From positions 35,776,001 through 35,840,000 of the forward strand of contig NC_086108.1 in assembly GCF_963921235.1 (NCBI RefSeq): 64,000 nt of DNA, given 5' to 3'. Numbering within the stretch: the stretch's first letter is position 1; every line of letters starts with the position of its first letter. The DNA comes from Mobula hypostoma. Lineage: Eukaryota. This document shows, piece after piece, positions 37,759-51,843 of the stretch. Made by a program: the position numbers and the translations under genes. Under the pieces are notes generated by a model. The model was given only the letters and a program-made list of their open reading frames with translations, had not been told where the DNA came from and ran no database searches.

Positions 37759-40720
37759 GTAAGCATTATCTTCTTACTATTACTCAAAAAGCACCCTAAA
37801 TTATAACTTTGTGAGTAGATTTCATGAACTGTACTGCAAAACATAACTGACCCTTGCCTTTCAGACTGCACTTCAACAGATATTCTCTCTTTTATTTCAA
37901 AATTATTTAAAAACAAACCAGTAACTTTTTTTTACTAATTCAGTGTTAGATATTTGAAGTGATATTTTACATGTACATAGTGAGCTGCTTCACTTCTTGA
38001 TAAAGTTACCAAGAGCAGAAGGGTGTGTGTAAAAACAGAAGTGTAGATAATAATGGATTCATACTTCAGTATAAATACTTTGCTGTTCATTGTGTTAGGA
38101 TATGTAAATATCACACTCTTAACTTAGATCTAAAATGGAAAACAAATGCAAATTACCTGAAGAAAATAACTAACGTCATCAGAACTCAAATCAATTTTAA
38201 TAAACGGACTTTATCTATAAAGCATAGTTTGCTGGCATTAGTCAATCAATAGCTCAGGTCATTTCAACAGCAGATCTGCAGAAGGCAACCTACTTTATTA
38301 TACCTCATGCTGTATTTCCTGAACAAGCTTAACTAGGCTCTCTCTTAGTAACTTCCATATGACTGAGAATGATGTTTTAATTAAAATATTCTATCATTTG
38401 TATCTGAGTAAAGAAATGCTAAAGTCAAGAAGTCCAATTATTGGTTCTTAAGTATAGAATACAATAAGTTGGAGCAGAAGTAGAATTCTTCACCGTTCAG
38501 GTATTGCAGTTACTTAATTTAAAATAATATTGTGAACACTGACCTTTCTTTTTTACTTTTTCCTTAGACCCAAGGACTTGAAATCTCGCCTGCTTTCCAT
38601 TTGGCTGAACTCTGAACCTCGACATCCAGCGTTAAGTTTTCTATCCAACATGTCAGGAAAACTGGATCTGTCCCTGGGGTAAGTATATTCTCTTTCATCA
38701 ATTTTAGAAATTATTTCTAAATTTAAACATTAGGTGGTCATCAGACTACAGATTATAAAAGGGAGTACAGTATGGGAGCTTCATTATAATCATTGCACTA
38801 GCAGTATAATGTATATTTCAAAAACAAATTCACTGAAATGGGTCAGCTCCTTACTCCAGTATTTAAAAGTAAATTTGTACAAAATGGATATAAATTTCAG
38901 AACAAAATAGCTATTTTAGGCAATTGAAAGTTGAGTTGAATTTAGGAATAAAATATCCATGTAACTCAGTCTATTCTGTTTTCCATAGGATCACACTTGA
39001 AGAAGCAACAGAATGGTCTAAGTCTTTGGATATTCTCCTTGCTGATCCGTGTAAGTAATAATTCCTACTCTGATGCTGGATGATCACTACCAATGATTCC
39101 TTTCATGAATGTTCTCTCTAAATAACAAATCTAAAGTGATACTTTCTCTTCCTCAAGGTGGACTTGCAGCTTTCAGGGCATTCCTCAAGTCAGAGTTCAG
39201 TGAGGAGAACATTGATTTCTGGTTGGTCTGTGAGGACTACAAGAAGACCAAATCTACAGATAAACTGGGTTCCAAGGCACAACATATTTACAGAGAGTTC
39301 ATTCGAAGTGATGCTCCAAAGCAAGTGAGTGCTTTTTTTTGTAAATAGACGTTGTATCTGGACTGAACTGCACAAGTAATGGTGGTAGAAATAATATTTT
39401 TTCCAGTAATTCAGTTGCATCTATTATTTTTACTACTATTATTTCAGTAAATTGATGCATTCGTTACAAGTATTTTACTGGTCTGTTCATTCTGAGTGTC
39501 ACCAAGCCTTTATTAACTTCTGTGGCAAAACCAAAGAATGCCATTGTAGGTTGGTCAATCCCAAGAAAATCACCCAAAAATCTTTAACGTATTTAAGATC
39601 AGTGCCCAAGTGACGCAACTGTGAAATATGCTGTTATAGTTATAGTGCATCCTGTTCGAGTATCACTTCAAAGGAAATGTTTGAACTCTTACCAGTGCAT
39701 TTCCAACTCTCTAATCGTTACATTTCAAAATTTAAGCTCTGCTTATCTAACAGAAATTTTCTAGCGCTTTTTGTGCAGTAATTAATAGGAAGAAGATGTG
39801 GGGTGAAAAAACAAATGTGTTTTTTTTATTCCATACTCACATCAGTCTTTTCACTCAGATTTCCACTTGTGTGGACATTCCATAATAAGGGATTATTAAT
39901 AAGCATAGCTGGGAAAATGCATATTGGTATCTCCTAAAATTCTGCAGAATATCTTTATATTCCCTCCCTGAAAACAGTATGCAACTGCATGGTATTTCCA
40001 AGAAACCTCCTCAAGATAATAAGTCTGAGATTGATCAAAAATATACTTGACACTGAACTTCAAAGACAGCTTTGACTTTTTTTTTCATTCAGATTTGAAC
40101 CCAAAGCAAATTTATGTGTACCAATGCTGAGTAAATCTAACACTACTGCAAGCTTGGTAGTTCAATATATGAATAGACAGCAGGGTGCCTAGTGGCTGAG
40201 TTGCAAGGAAGGGTTAGGGAACATTGTGTTGATCTGTCAGTAAAAGAAAACAAATTAACAACAGAAAAGCATCACAGTTATTTAACAGGTCATTTCCTGC
40301 ATTTAAGGATTTAGTAGAACTGAAACTATAGACAGTTAGAGCTCGAAATCTTCATGACTCAATGCCAGAAAACAATTCATTTGGGCATCATGGGGAAATT
40401 CAGCACTCTGAACAGATGTACATTCTCAGATTTAGCAGGGTGTCAATTTTCAGACAAAAGTTACAGATTTTTTAATATAATGTTGAAATGAATGCAATTA
40501 AGTATTTATCTACTATCCTTTTCTAATATAGGTCAACATCGATGGCACCATGAGAGATTTGCTCAGCCGGAGTGTTTTAGTGCCAACTCCCCACTGTTTT
40601 GAGGGGGCCCAGAGAATTATTTTCAGTTTGATGGAGAAAGACTCCTACCCTAGGTTTCTAAAATCGGATGCCTACACAAACCTGATAAACAAGATACAAG
40701 CCAGCAACAATAACAGATAA
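37652..40720 (+). CDS. RGS1: Regulator of G-protein signalling, R4 family, RGS1-like; 5 coding exons join(37652..37758,38568..38678,38989..39050,39158..39324,40532..40720), 211 aa
   Basis: All introns are GT-AG with compatible phases (2,2,1,0). The spliced protein is [11 protein letters not shown]...[47 protein letters not shown]...[17 protein letters not shown]...[40 protein letters not shown], a complete RGS box. The N-terminal MP, the SDAPKQ motif, the C-terminal tail and the position upstream of RGS2 favour RGS1 over RGS13/RGS21; orthology is inferred. Confidence 0.85.
38568..38678 (+). CDS. RGS1: RGS1-like coding exon 2 (111 nt)
   Basis: Polypyrimidine tract plus tag acceptor; [16 protein letters not shown]...; donor gtaagt. 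Confidence 0.82.
38989..39050 (+). CDS. RGS1: RGS1-like coding exon 3 (62 nt)
   Basis: [20 protein letters not shown] (start of RGS box); ag/gtaagt. Confidence 0.9.
39158..39324 (+). CDS. RGS1: RGS1-like coding exon 4 (167 nt)
   Basis: [29 protein letters not shown]...SDAPKQ; donor gtgagt; lies within ORF-track 39109..39348. Confidence 0.95.
40532..40720 (+). CDS. RGS1: RGS1-like coding exon 5 (189 nt including stop)
   Basis: [62 protein letters not shown]. Confidence 0.93.
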   Translation, partial: VNIDGTMRDLLSRSVLVPTPHCFEGAQRIIFSLMEKDSYPRFLKSDAYTNLINKIQASNNNR

Positions 40721-41206
40721 ATGAAGAGTTTTCACCAACAGTAAAATGATGAAAACATGGATGGTCAAGACTGTATTTCTCATATTTGTGTGTACCACAG
40801 CCCTGCATTGAACTAAAGATAAAATCTGCCAGGAAGCAGGAAAAGAATAAATAATGATTGTGACACAGTTAAATTCTTTCAGAAGAAGGGCAAGGAGTAC
40901 TGCCCAGCTTCAGGGACAAATACATTTCCACGTGCTGTGTCATTTGTGTATAATTGTGAGGCTTCTCTCCAGGACCAGGACCATTTTCTTTTCTTTCACC
41001 AAAAGAATTACAAGGAGAACGTATGCCAAATTTGATTCAGTAGAGGGACAGTAAAATATGAACCTACCTTCCTCAGTCATGTTTTAAGATGAACTGGAAA
41101 ATATTTCATCCGACCGTTGCATGCAAGCCATGTGAAACAGTTTAGGCCTGGATTGCTTTGCACTATGCTTCATGACAAATTGCATAATTACATATGATGA
41201 TAAAAG

Positions 41207-41218
41207 TATTTATTTATT
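41207..41218 (+). promoter_or_regulatory. AU-rich element in the likely RGS1-like 3' UTR
   Basis: TATTTATTTATT contains overlapping ATTTA pentamers and the TTATTTATT nonamer, about 490 nt after the stop. It is in the UTR only if polyadenylation occurs downstream (e.g. AATAAA near 41670 or 42022). Confidence 0.35.
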
Positions 41219-42554
41219 ATTTCTGTTTCGTTTCTAATTTTAAATGAATAGTTAAGATCAATGTCGTAGGATCACAGTTTCTTTTAAAATATGCTTCTTT
41301 CAACAATGGTAGTGCCTGACCTCGGATCATCACAAGCATTTAGGTGACTTGTTAGTGAGAGCTTTTTACCAAGAGGTTAAGTGTGGGAAAGCTGAGAGCA
41401 GTTAATGCAATGATGGTATCAATTACGATATCTGCGCTGTTACCTCACTAACCATCATCCTGCAAGTTATTTTCTGCAGGGGCAATCCTGACCCAATCGT
41501 TAGAGTCAGTCTGAATGAACAGTTATTGTAATACCATTACTGAAGCTGGATTATAATCTTTTACTCATAAAGCAAAACTCCTTATGAGAAATATCATTGA
41601 TAGAGTCATCATAGCAGTAACATGCCGTAGGATGACAGGGCAGTATAAATAGAACAATCCTCCTAACCCAATAAAGAACACGTGATCAAACAGTTGTTCA
41701 AAGGGACTTACAACTACCTGTCTGCCTGCCTTCTATATGTTCGAATGATTTCCTATTGACAATTGCGTTGGTCATTCAGCGATGTCACCTGCAGCACAGA
41801 GCATTATGATGGGGGATAGTGAATAGTTTGAAGGATATCTATTGTTTAGGGTAACAACTCATGCTTTTGGATCACACCACTTGTCCAGCAAAGAGATCAT
41901 ACTCACCTATTTTCCAGCAACATTATCAAAGATCACTTTACTTGAATTGGCTACACTTCTTCCATTAGATCCTAACAATTCTATTCAGTCTGACTAGTGA
42001 TGCTAATGACTATAAAAGGGCAATAAAACATTTCCTGCAGTAACTAAACTGACAGGAGAATTCACTTTTTTTTCAGCTTGATTGCATTAACATGCAGCGA
42101 AGTATATTGTTCAGTCAGAGAACAGAGTTAACCATTTGCTCAAGGCCTTTGGTGTGTTCAGATAATGTTAACAAGCAGCTCGGTGGCTTTTTATAACTTG
42201 GGCCCTTCTCGGGACATGATGGCTGTGTAAACTATCCACACTAAAGAATAAATGGGTACTTGGCCCGAAAGGTCGACTGGTTACTCTTTCCCATCGATGC
42301 TGCCTGACCTGCTGAGTTCCTCCAGCCTTCTGTGCGTGTTACTAAACACTCATAGGCCATGAACATAGTAGACAGATATGAGAAAAATAGTCAAAGAAGT
42401 AATGTAATGAAAATAAATAATGTTGATAATATGTTTTGCTGTGCTCTACATTCGTCTGTTCACTAATTATGCAGAATATTAAATGAATATATAAAATGTG
42501 GCCTTGTACTTGACTATTTTCTGCACATTTTTACTACTACTGCTTCTCTACCTT

Positions 42555-43150
42555 CAAGCCAAGTCAAGTTTATTGTCATATAAACATGTATATGCATGCA
42601 CAGGTACAATAAAAAACTGATTATGTGCCCAGTGTCACAGGCACGTAGCGTGAGACACACAGCTTTCACAAGAAAAACATAAACATACTGTAAACTATAC
42701 AAATTATACAAGAAAGAATACAATTTAAAGAAAACAAATAACAAAGTCTATCATAGTGCAAAGTGTTGACATACCAGTGTAGTGGAGGTTGGTTCAAGAA
42801 CAGAAAGGTTGAAGGCAGTTGGTTGTCCTTGAACTTGATGGTGTATGACTTTGGTCTTCTGTATCTCCTGCCCAATGGTAGCTGTGACAAGATGGCATGA
42901 CCTGTATATTGGGGTTCTTTGATGACAGATGCTGCCTTTTAGAGGTAGCACCTCATGTAGATACTTTTGATGATGAAGAAGGATGTGCCCATAATGTATC
43001 AGGCTCAGTTCACAACATTCTGCAGCTTCTCAGCTTACATTCCTGGGCATTCAAATTGCCATACCAGATCACAAAGTAAAAATGATTTCAACAGTATCTC
43101 GGTAGAATGCCGGGTGATATGCTGAACATCCTTAACCTTATAAGAAAGTA
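42555..43150 (-). mobile_element. Rex1/Babar-like fragment, degraded
   Basis: QLPLGRRYRRPKSYTIKFKD C-terminus; (CAAGT)n tail. Confidence 0.6.
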
Positions 43151-43419
43151 GAGACGGCACATGAGTCTGGAACTATAAAGAGAAATGATCACTCCAACAG
43201 ATTGTTTTTCTATCAACATAGGCTATGCAACATTGCCCTAGCAACAGGGAAATGTTACACGGAGGGGCTTTCTTTATGTCTGGCCTATTTGCCATCTTCC
43301 GTTGATCTCATCAAATGATACATCATCTACAACAGAACACAAACTAATGCTACAATATGAAGCTGGGTGCATGCAGAATAACACGTTCCAAGTAAAAAGA
43401 TTTTAGTAAAATTATTTTT

Positions 43420-43900
43420 TTTATTGAGATACAATGTGGAATAGGCCCTTCCGGCCCTTTGAACCATGCCACCCAGCAATGGAGGCTACCTCAGTAAATA
43501 TATTTCAGACAAAGTTAGATAGATTTTTGCATAGTAGGGGAATTAATGGTTAAGGGAAAAGGTAGGCAGGTGGAGATGAGGCAATGGCCAGATCAGCCAT
43601 GATCTTATTGAACGGCGGAGCAGGCTCAACAAGCCAGATGGCCTACTCCTGCTCCTATTTCTTATGTTTTTATGTTCTTACCGCCCGATTTCATCTGAGC
43701 CTAATCACAGGACAAATTGCAACGGCCAATTAACAAACCAACCGGTATGTCTTTGGACTGTGGGAGGAAACGGGAGCACACAGAGAAACATGCAGTCACG
43801 GGCAGAACGTACAAACTCCTTACAGGCAGGAACGGGAATTGAACTCTGGTCCTCTGTACTGTAAAGTGCTGTGAATACCACTACGCTACCGTGCCACCCC
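43420..43900 (-). mobile_element. SINE (minus strand) containing a CR1 3' fragment (plus strand, about 43482-43680)
   Basis: Reverse SINE core gtctttggactgtgggaggaaac...caaactcc and tRNA head accactacgctaccgtgcc; internal CR1 tail. Confidence 0.7.
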
Positions 43901-44719
43901 CTTAATGTAATGTGACATGTCCCAAACTACAGTCAACATAGATTAAGAGGCAGAAGGGAAATAAAACTCCTTCTTACTATTGTATTCATGTGCATTCACA
44001 AAACAATGCAGAGAAAAGTATGTCTGAAATGACTATATAGTTGTAGTTAGCAATGCAGTTAGGAGCCATAAACTGAATATGGATGTTTTGTACAGTGAGC
44101 TGTTTATATAGCTACAGAGTTCTAAATAGCTCGTGCATATTTCTAAAATCTGTTTATTACAAAAAGTGCCTTCATGGTGGCAACCTTCAGCAGATTATTA
44201 TGACCATAGTCCAGTCTCAAGAGGATGCTCTTGCCACAGCATAACTATCAATTTGAAATGATAAGGCAATTTCTGACCATGTTTGGTCGGTTAATGTGAC
44301 ATGCAGAACAGTAATGTTAGGAGGGATTATTCACCTTCTTTTACAGCTGAGTGCGTGGAAGAGGCGTGGCTACAGACTAAATTCATGTGCAGTAATAATT
44401 GCAAATTATTGCACAAGTAAGACCCACTGCCATGAAGATATGTAGTTCATTTATCAATACATCTGATGCAGATAAGCTCTAAACAAAGCAGACTGTTAAA
44501 AAAAACTGTACTAAATACATGAGTCTTTTATTTATTTGTCTTTTGGGCATAGGTCATTGCTGGATGGCCAGCAATTATTGTTTGTGCCTAAATGTTTCTG
44601 AGAAAGTAGTGAGAGCCAGCCTGAAATACTGTGGTCCTCCTGGAGAGGTCCTCCAACAATACATATGGGGAGGCAGGTCCTCAATGTAAACCTGACACAG
44701 GTGAAGGAGTAGCAACATA

Positions 44720-45254
44720 CAGTCAGTGGCCACTTCATTAGGTATATCCCGTGCCTAATAATGTGGCTACCGAGTGCATGTTTGTAGTCTTCTGCCACTG
44801 TAGCCCATCCATTTCAAGGTTCGATGTGTTGTGATCGAACCATTGATGTAACGTGTGACTATCTGAATTGAACCAATTTGAATCTCTCAATTTGAACCAG
44901 TCTGGCCCTGCCTCTCTCATGAACAAGAAATTTTCACCCACAGAACTGCTGCTCACTGAATACTTTTTGAGTCTCAGACTATCCTTTGTAAACTCTAGAG
45001 ATTGTTATGCATGAAAATTCCAGGAGATCAACAGTTTCTTAGATACTCAAACCACCCCATCTGGCACCAACAACCATTCCACAGTCAAAGTCACTTAGAT
45101 CACGTTTCTTCTTCATTCTGATGATTGCTCTGAATAACAACTGAACCACTTGGAATGCTTTTATGCATTGGGTGGCTGCCATATGATTGGTGAATTAGAT
45201 ATTTGTGTTAACAAGCAGGTGTACAGGTGTACCTAATAGAATGGCCACTGAGTG
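44720..45254 (-). mobile_element. Non-autonomous Tc1/mariner, same family as the element at 30275
   Basis: TA|cagtcagtggccacttcattagg ... cctaatagaatggccactgagtg|TA. Confidence 0.8.
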
Positions 45255-46994
45255 TATTTCCCAGTCAGGATGATGTGAAACTTATAAGGGATCATGCACG
45301 TGGTAGTGATCCAAAGTGCCTGAAAGCTTTGTCCTTTTTGGTGTTAGAGGTTACGGGTTCAGCATTACGGCAGCATCATTTCTTGGAATTATCAATGCAG
45401 AGAAAACCAGCATTGTAAGCAACCAGCAGCGCCTAAACTCCTTCCCTTCCCCCTCACGGCTTTATACTGGCCCCCCTCTATCTACCTGAAACGTTGACCA
45501 TCCATGTCCTTCCATAGTTGCCGCCGGGCCTGCTGGGTTCCTCCAACATTTTACTTGCTGCTCCACATTCCAACACCTGCAGTTTACTGCGTCTCCTGCT
45601 TCACCCTTTGGAGCCAATTACCCAGACATTTCAGTTTTAGCTTGTAAATTTGCTCAATAGCAGCATGATCATGTACTGTGGACTCTGTCTGGCATCTTTT
45701 AAAACACATTTCATGCTCATCTAATTGCGTGGTCAGAAAGGTTATCACCTCACTACGTCCACAAGGTGTCAGTATCAAGCATTTGTATTTCTGGTGTAGG
45801 GCAGATGTCAAAGTTTGAGCCATACACATTGTAAGCACACAACCTCAGTTGTTACCATGGCAGCATCACTTTGCCTAACAGGGGAGATCTGTGTACTTGG
45901 GTTTCGGTCTCATACAGATAGTTCAGATCCAACAGCTAACCCAAATAAGATTGTCCCTTGGGAGTTTGAAAAGGATTCCCATTATGCAACCAGTCAGTAT
46001 TTGGCCAAAGGCACACTCTGTCCTCTTAAATTAAGCAGTATCAGCTGCAAAACCCATCAGCAAATGATTAGTAATCAGCTATTCCTACCAACTAAGTATT
46101 TCTTCTCTACAAATCTGTGCCAGATCAGACAACACTTCAGATCCCACAGCATTCTATGGGAAAACAGGATGTCTTAGATGGTCTAAAATAGTTCAAAGAA
46201 TGTTCAAGCCATTGCTCATCGGGACAGATGCATTACAAACAAAATCTAACAGTGTTCTGCAAGGGAATAACTTGCTGGCATAACCAAGAGGATAAAATAT
46301 TAAAATCTAATATCAAATGAATGATCAACTGGATAAGCATCAAAAACCTCAAACTCATTGAATTTAATTCGGGGATTTGGAGGTTTAATATCATTCAAGA
46401 TAATGTTTCCTCAGTGAGGAAAATCTCCTTCTCTCTAAATCTGGAGGGGGAAAAAATCAATCAAAATGGAAAACATCCAAACACAAATTAAAATCTCACC
46501 TACGCAGTGAAGTACAAGTGCTAGACCTGTGCAGATATTTAAAAGACTGTAGAAGCATGTCCATCCATACGTTATCACAAATGTTAAAACGTGCATCAGG
46601 TATGCATTGTGGTGACTAAGCCCCTGGGGACATTCTGAATACACACAATACTTATGCATATTAGTCTTTGCCTGACTTTTGCAATGCGACAGGTGATGTT
46701 AGAATTTGTAACCAACTAGATTGTACAAGTCCTAAATCACATGTAATGGCACGTTTTTCTCAAGGTACTTAATTTTAGTCATAGGTAGTATGCCAAGGTG
46801 AGAGGTGGAAGGAGCTTTAAAAAGAGGTAAGTCATTCAGAACCTTGACTACTTTGGATACACCTTTGTTCCTTCCTCAGTAACTCCACAAGTCACGTATT
46901 ACTCATTCTCACCCTAATTCTGAGAGTGGGCGATGCCTGCATAATTATCTTAATGTTGAGTGGTGGTTGAACAACAGCACCAGAGCAAAGTCTG

Positions 46995-49155
46995 AGTAAT
47001 TTTTAATCAATGTATGTTACCGTGAGTTTCCTTTTCTTACAGCATTTACAAGAATTGCAATCAAATTTATGAAAAACCAATTATGAACAAAGATTGACAA
47101 AGAACCAATGTGCAAAAGAAGATAAATCATGCAAATAGTTTGAAAGAGTAAATAAGTAGGTTGTGTTGAGCTGAATGAAGTTACCCACACTGGTTCAGAA
47201 GCCTCACTGATGCAGAGCAATAACTGTTCCTGAACCTGGTGGTGGAGGGCTTAAAGGACTTTCCTGTACCCCCTATAAGGTTGTTTAATGTCATTTGATG
47301 TGCACAGGTATAAGTAAAGGCATCCATTAGTCTTGCGAGACCATGGATCTGCACCTGGAAAGTCTTCACTCTCCAGGGCGCAGGCCTGGGCAAGGTTGTA
47401 TGGAAGACTGGCAGTTGCCCATGCTGCAAGTCTTCCCTCTCCACGACACCAATGTTGTCCAAGGGAAGGGCAAGGGCCGATACAGCTTGGCACCAGTGTC
47501 GTCGCAGAGCAATGTGTAGTTAAGTGCCTTGCTCAAGGACACAACACACTACCTCGGCTGGGCTCGAACTCACGACCTTCAGATCGCTAGTCGAATGCCT
47601 TAGCCACTTGGCCACGTGCCCACACACTTACAAGTGTAAGGAGAAGGAAATAATTGTTATTCTGGATCTGATGCTGCACAAAAAAAAACACAATAGATAA
47701 AGAACACATAATAATAATAAAAAACATACAATACATATAAATACATTAGATAGCTTATATACATAGATTGATCGTATGTCCATAAAGTGACACTAGGCTG
47801 AACATAAGGTGACTAATGGGAAATAATAAAATAGGGGCGGAGTTAGTGGGTGGAGGTGTTGATCAACCTCAGGGTAAGTAACTCTTTTTGAGTCTGGTGG
47901 TCCTGGCATGGATGCTACATAGCCTCCTCCCTGATGGGTGTGGGACAAACAGTCCATGAACAAGGTGGGTGAGACCCTTCATGATGTTACTGGCCCTTTT
48001 CCGGCGTCTTTCTGTATACATGTCCTTGATGGCGGGAAGGCTGTTGCCAGTAATGCATTGGACAATTTTAACTACACATCGTAGAGCATTCTTGTCCGCT
48101 GCAGTGCAGTTTCCGTAGCAAAGAGTGATGCAGCTTGTTAGGATGCTCACTGTTGAGAATCTGTAGAATGAAGTGAGTGTGGATGTGCAACGTGCGGCTC
48201 TCTTCAGCCTCCTCAGAAAGTAGGGGCAGTGGTAAGCTTTCTTGACTGTGTAGGATGTGTTCTGGGACCATGAGAGGTTGGGTTTGATGTACACTCCCAT
48301 GAGTTTGAAACTGCTTGTAGTTTGCATTGCTGTGCCATCAATGTAAAGGGGGGTTGTGAGTGCTCCCTGAAGCCGACAACCATCTCCTTTGCCTTGTTGA
48401 CATTAAGGAAGAGGTCAATTACCTGGTGCCAGTCCTTGAGCTCTTCCTGATTGCTTGACCGTACAGTTATGCATGAGCAGAGGGTTCAGCAGTCAGCTCA
48501 GCACATGGCCCTGGGCTGGGGGGAAACCATGTTAAAGATAATGGGGAAGGAGGAGCAATTGTACATCCTGACTATCTGGGGTCTGTTCATTAGGAAGTCC
48601 AACACCCAGTTGCACAGTGGTGTATTTAGAACAAAGAGCAGGAATTTGTTCACCAAGGTCCTGGGAAAATAGTGTTAAATGCCAAAATGAAATCCAGAAA
48701 CAGTGTTCTGACAGACTTGCTTTCTAGCTGTGTCAGGGCCAGGTGAATGACAGATGCTATGACATCTTCAGTAGAGCAGTTCTGTCAATAAGCATTCTGG
48801 TGAGTGTCCAGTGTGGCGGGAATGGAGTAGTTATCAGCAGGTAGTAGCATAAAAAGGGTGTAGCCTGGGTAGGGGGGTCCTTGATGATGGATGCTGCTTT
48901 CTTGTGGCAGCTCTCCTTGTAGATGTGCTCAATGTTGGACAGGGCTATTCCTGAGATGGACTGGGTTGTATCCACCACTTTCTGTAGACTTCTCAGTTCT
49001 TAGGCATTGGTGTTTCTGTACTAGGCCATGATGCAAACAATTCGGAGACTCTCCACTGCACATCTATAGAAGTTTGTCGAAGTTTTAGGTAACGCGCCGA
49101 TTCTTCTAAGAAAGTAGAGGTGCTGTCATGCCTTCTTTGTGATGGCACTTACATG
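46995..49155 (-). mobile_element. Cluster of nested Rex1/Babar-like fragments
   Basis: ORF 47869..48327 (SFKLMGVYI...VKKAYHCPYFLRRLK...HPSGRR) and ORF 48757..48978. Confidence 0.75.
47311..47622 (-). mobile_element. tRNA-derived SINE with a CORE-like middle and probable RTE-type tail
   Basis: Reverse complement: gtggccaagtggctaagg...gttcgagccc (A/B boxes), tccttgagcaaggcacttaac, ...catggtctcgcaagactaatggatgc. Confidence 0.65.
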
Positions 49156-49325
49156 TTTACGTGATAGCACATGGGGTTGACACATAAAGATCCAGGAGAA
49201 CTGGAAGCAAGGTTCTCTTGCAAAGACTTAACACACAAACATGAACATACATGTTCGTATATACATGCACATTTATACGCATAGACACATACTCACAAAG
49301 TGTACATCTACACATGAGCCAATGC

Positions 49326-51214
49326 ACAGAAACATAGAAACATAGAAACATAGAAAATAGGTGCAGGAGTAGGCCATTCGGCCATTCGAGCCTGCACCGC
49401 CATTTATTATGATCATGGCTGATCATCCAACTCAGAACCCCGCCCCAGCCTTCCCTGCATACCCCCGATCTCCGTAGCCACAAGGGCCATATCTAACTCC
49501 CTCTTAAATATAGCCAATGAACTGGCCTCAACTGTTTCCTGTGGCAGAGAATTCCACAGATTCACCACTCTCTGTGTGAAGAAGTTTTTCCTAATCTCGG
49601 TCCTAAAAGGCTTCCCCTCTATCCTCAAACTGTGACTCCTCGTTCTGGACTTCCCCAACATCGGGAACAATCTTCCTGCATCTAGCCTGTCCAATCCCTT
49701 TAGGATTTTATACGTTTCAATCAGATCCCCCCTCAATCTTCTAAATTCCAACGAGTACAAGCCTAGTTCATCCAGTCTTTCTTCATATGAAAGTCCTGCC
49801 ATCCCAGGAATCAATCTGGTGAACCTTCTTTGTATTCCCTCTATGGCAAGGATGTCTTTCCTCAGATTAGGGGACCAAAACTGCACACAATACTCCAGGT
49901 GTGGTCTCACCAAGGCCTTGTACAACTGCAGTAGTACCTCCCTGCTCCTGTACTCGAATCCTCTCGCTATAAATGCCAGCATACCATTCGCCTTTTTCAC
50001 CGCCTGCTGTACCTGCATGCCCACTTTCAATGACTGGTGTATAATGACACCCAGGTCTCGTTGCACCTCCCCTTTTCCTAATCGGCCACCATTCAGATAA
50101 TAATCTGTTTTCCTACTTTTGCCACCAAAGTGGATAACTTCACATTTATCCACATTAAATTGCATCTGCCATGAATTTGCCCACTCACCCAACCTATCCA
50201 AGTCACCCTGCATCCTCTTAGCATCCTCCTCACAGCTAACACTGCCGCCCAGCTTTGTGTCATCCGCAAACTTGGAGATGCTGCATTTAGTTCCCTCATC
50301 CAAGTCATTAATATATATTGTAAACAACTGGGGTCCCAGCACTGAGCCTTGCGGTACCCCACTAGTCACTGCCTGCCATTCTGAAAAGGTCCCATTTATT
50401 CCCACTCTTTGCTTCCTGTCTGCTAACCAATTCTCTATCCACATCAATACCTTACCCCCAATACTGTGTGCTTTTAAGTTTGCACACTAATCTCCTGTGT
50501 GGGACCTTGTCAAAAGCCTTTTGAAAATCCAAATATACCACATCCACTGGTTCTCCCCTATCCACTCTACTAGTTACATCCTCAAAAAATTCTATGAGAT
50601 TCGTCAGACATGATTTTCCTTTCACAAATCCATGCTGACTTTGTCCGATGATTTCACCGCTTTCCAAATGTGCTGTTATCACATCTTTGATAACTGACTC
50701 CAGCAGTTTCCCCACCACCAACGTTAGGCTAACCGGTCTATAATTCCCCGGTTTCACTCTCCCTCCTTTTTTAAAAAGTGGGGTTATATTAGCCACCCCC
50801 CAATCCTCAGGAACTAGTCCAGAATCTAACGAGTTTTGAAAAATTATCACTAATGCATCCACTATTTCTTGGGCTACTTCCTTAAGCACTCTGGGATGCA
50901 GACCATCTGGCCCTGGGGATTTATCTGCCTTTAATCCCTTCAATTTACCTAACACCACTTCCCTACTAACATGTATTTCGCTCAATTCCTCCATCTCACT
51001 GGACCCTCTGTCCCCTACTATTTCTGGAAGATTATTTATGTCCTCCTTAGTGAAAACAGAACCAAAGTAATTATTCAATTGGTCTGCCATGTCCTTGCTC
51101 CCCATAATCAATTCACCTGTTTCTGTCTGTAGGGGACCTACATTTGTCTTTACCAGTCTTTTCCTTTTTACATATCTATAAAAGCTTTTACAGTCAGTTT
51201 TTATGTTCCCTGCC

Positions 51215-51216
<2 letters not shown>
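49326..51216 (-). mobile_element. Young CR1 LINE, 5'-truncated, RT region almost intact
   Basis: ORFs 50452..51327 and 49413..50447 are separated by a single frameshift; (CTATGTTT)n tail at 49326-49356. Confidence 0.95.

Positions 51217-51217
<1 letters not shown>

Positions 51218-51308
<91 letters not shown>
51218..51308. repeat. (CA)n microsatellite
   Basis: About 45 units with one GA interruption. Confidence 0.97.
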
Positions 51309-51309
<1 letters not shown>

Positions 51310-51632
51310 ATTCACAAAAACACCCATATTCCCAGTTGATGTTCTATGTGCACATAATGGGCTTAGTGGTCTTTATCAGCTTCCAAAGAGTGATCAGCTG
51401 GATTACACAGGTCATAAGGAAATTCCAGGTGGAAGTGTAGTCATAGTATAATAACAAAATGGAGAAGAGCTTTGAGCAAGCAGCTTTTGCAAGTGAGCAT
51501 AAGGCTTGAAGCTCCACATTTCTCCCTGCACAAGAAACAACACCCTTATCACCACACCTACAGAAAAGCAATGAGCTTATCATCAGAGCTATCTAATGTT
51601 TTAGATAGTAAACCTAAAACAGATAGTAGATG

Positions 51633-51843
51633 TATTCAGAGAGTGGTTGGTGTATCAAATGCACTGCCTGAGTCAGTGGTGGAGGTAGATACACTAGTGA
51701 AATTTAAGAGACTACTAGACAGGTATATGGAGGAATTAAAGGTGGGGGTTTAAATGGGAGGCAGGGTTTAAGGGTCGGCACAACATTGTGGGCTGCAGGG
51801 CCTGTACTGTGCTGTACTGTTCTATGTTCTATGTTCTATGTTT
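51633..51843 (+). mobile_element. CR1 3' fragment
   Basis: QRVVGVSNALP..KFKRLLDRYM; (TTCTATG)n tail. Confidence 0.8.

Noticed and set aside
39109..39348. 79-aa single-exon RGS ORF
   Set aside because: It is exon 4 of the spliced RGS1-like gene plus flanking intron sequence.
51144..51451. HT-repeat and CV-repeat ORFs
   Set aside because: They are (CA)n microsatellite read-through; the CV run at the start of ORF 50452..51327 is not part of the CR1 protein.
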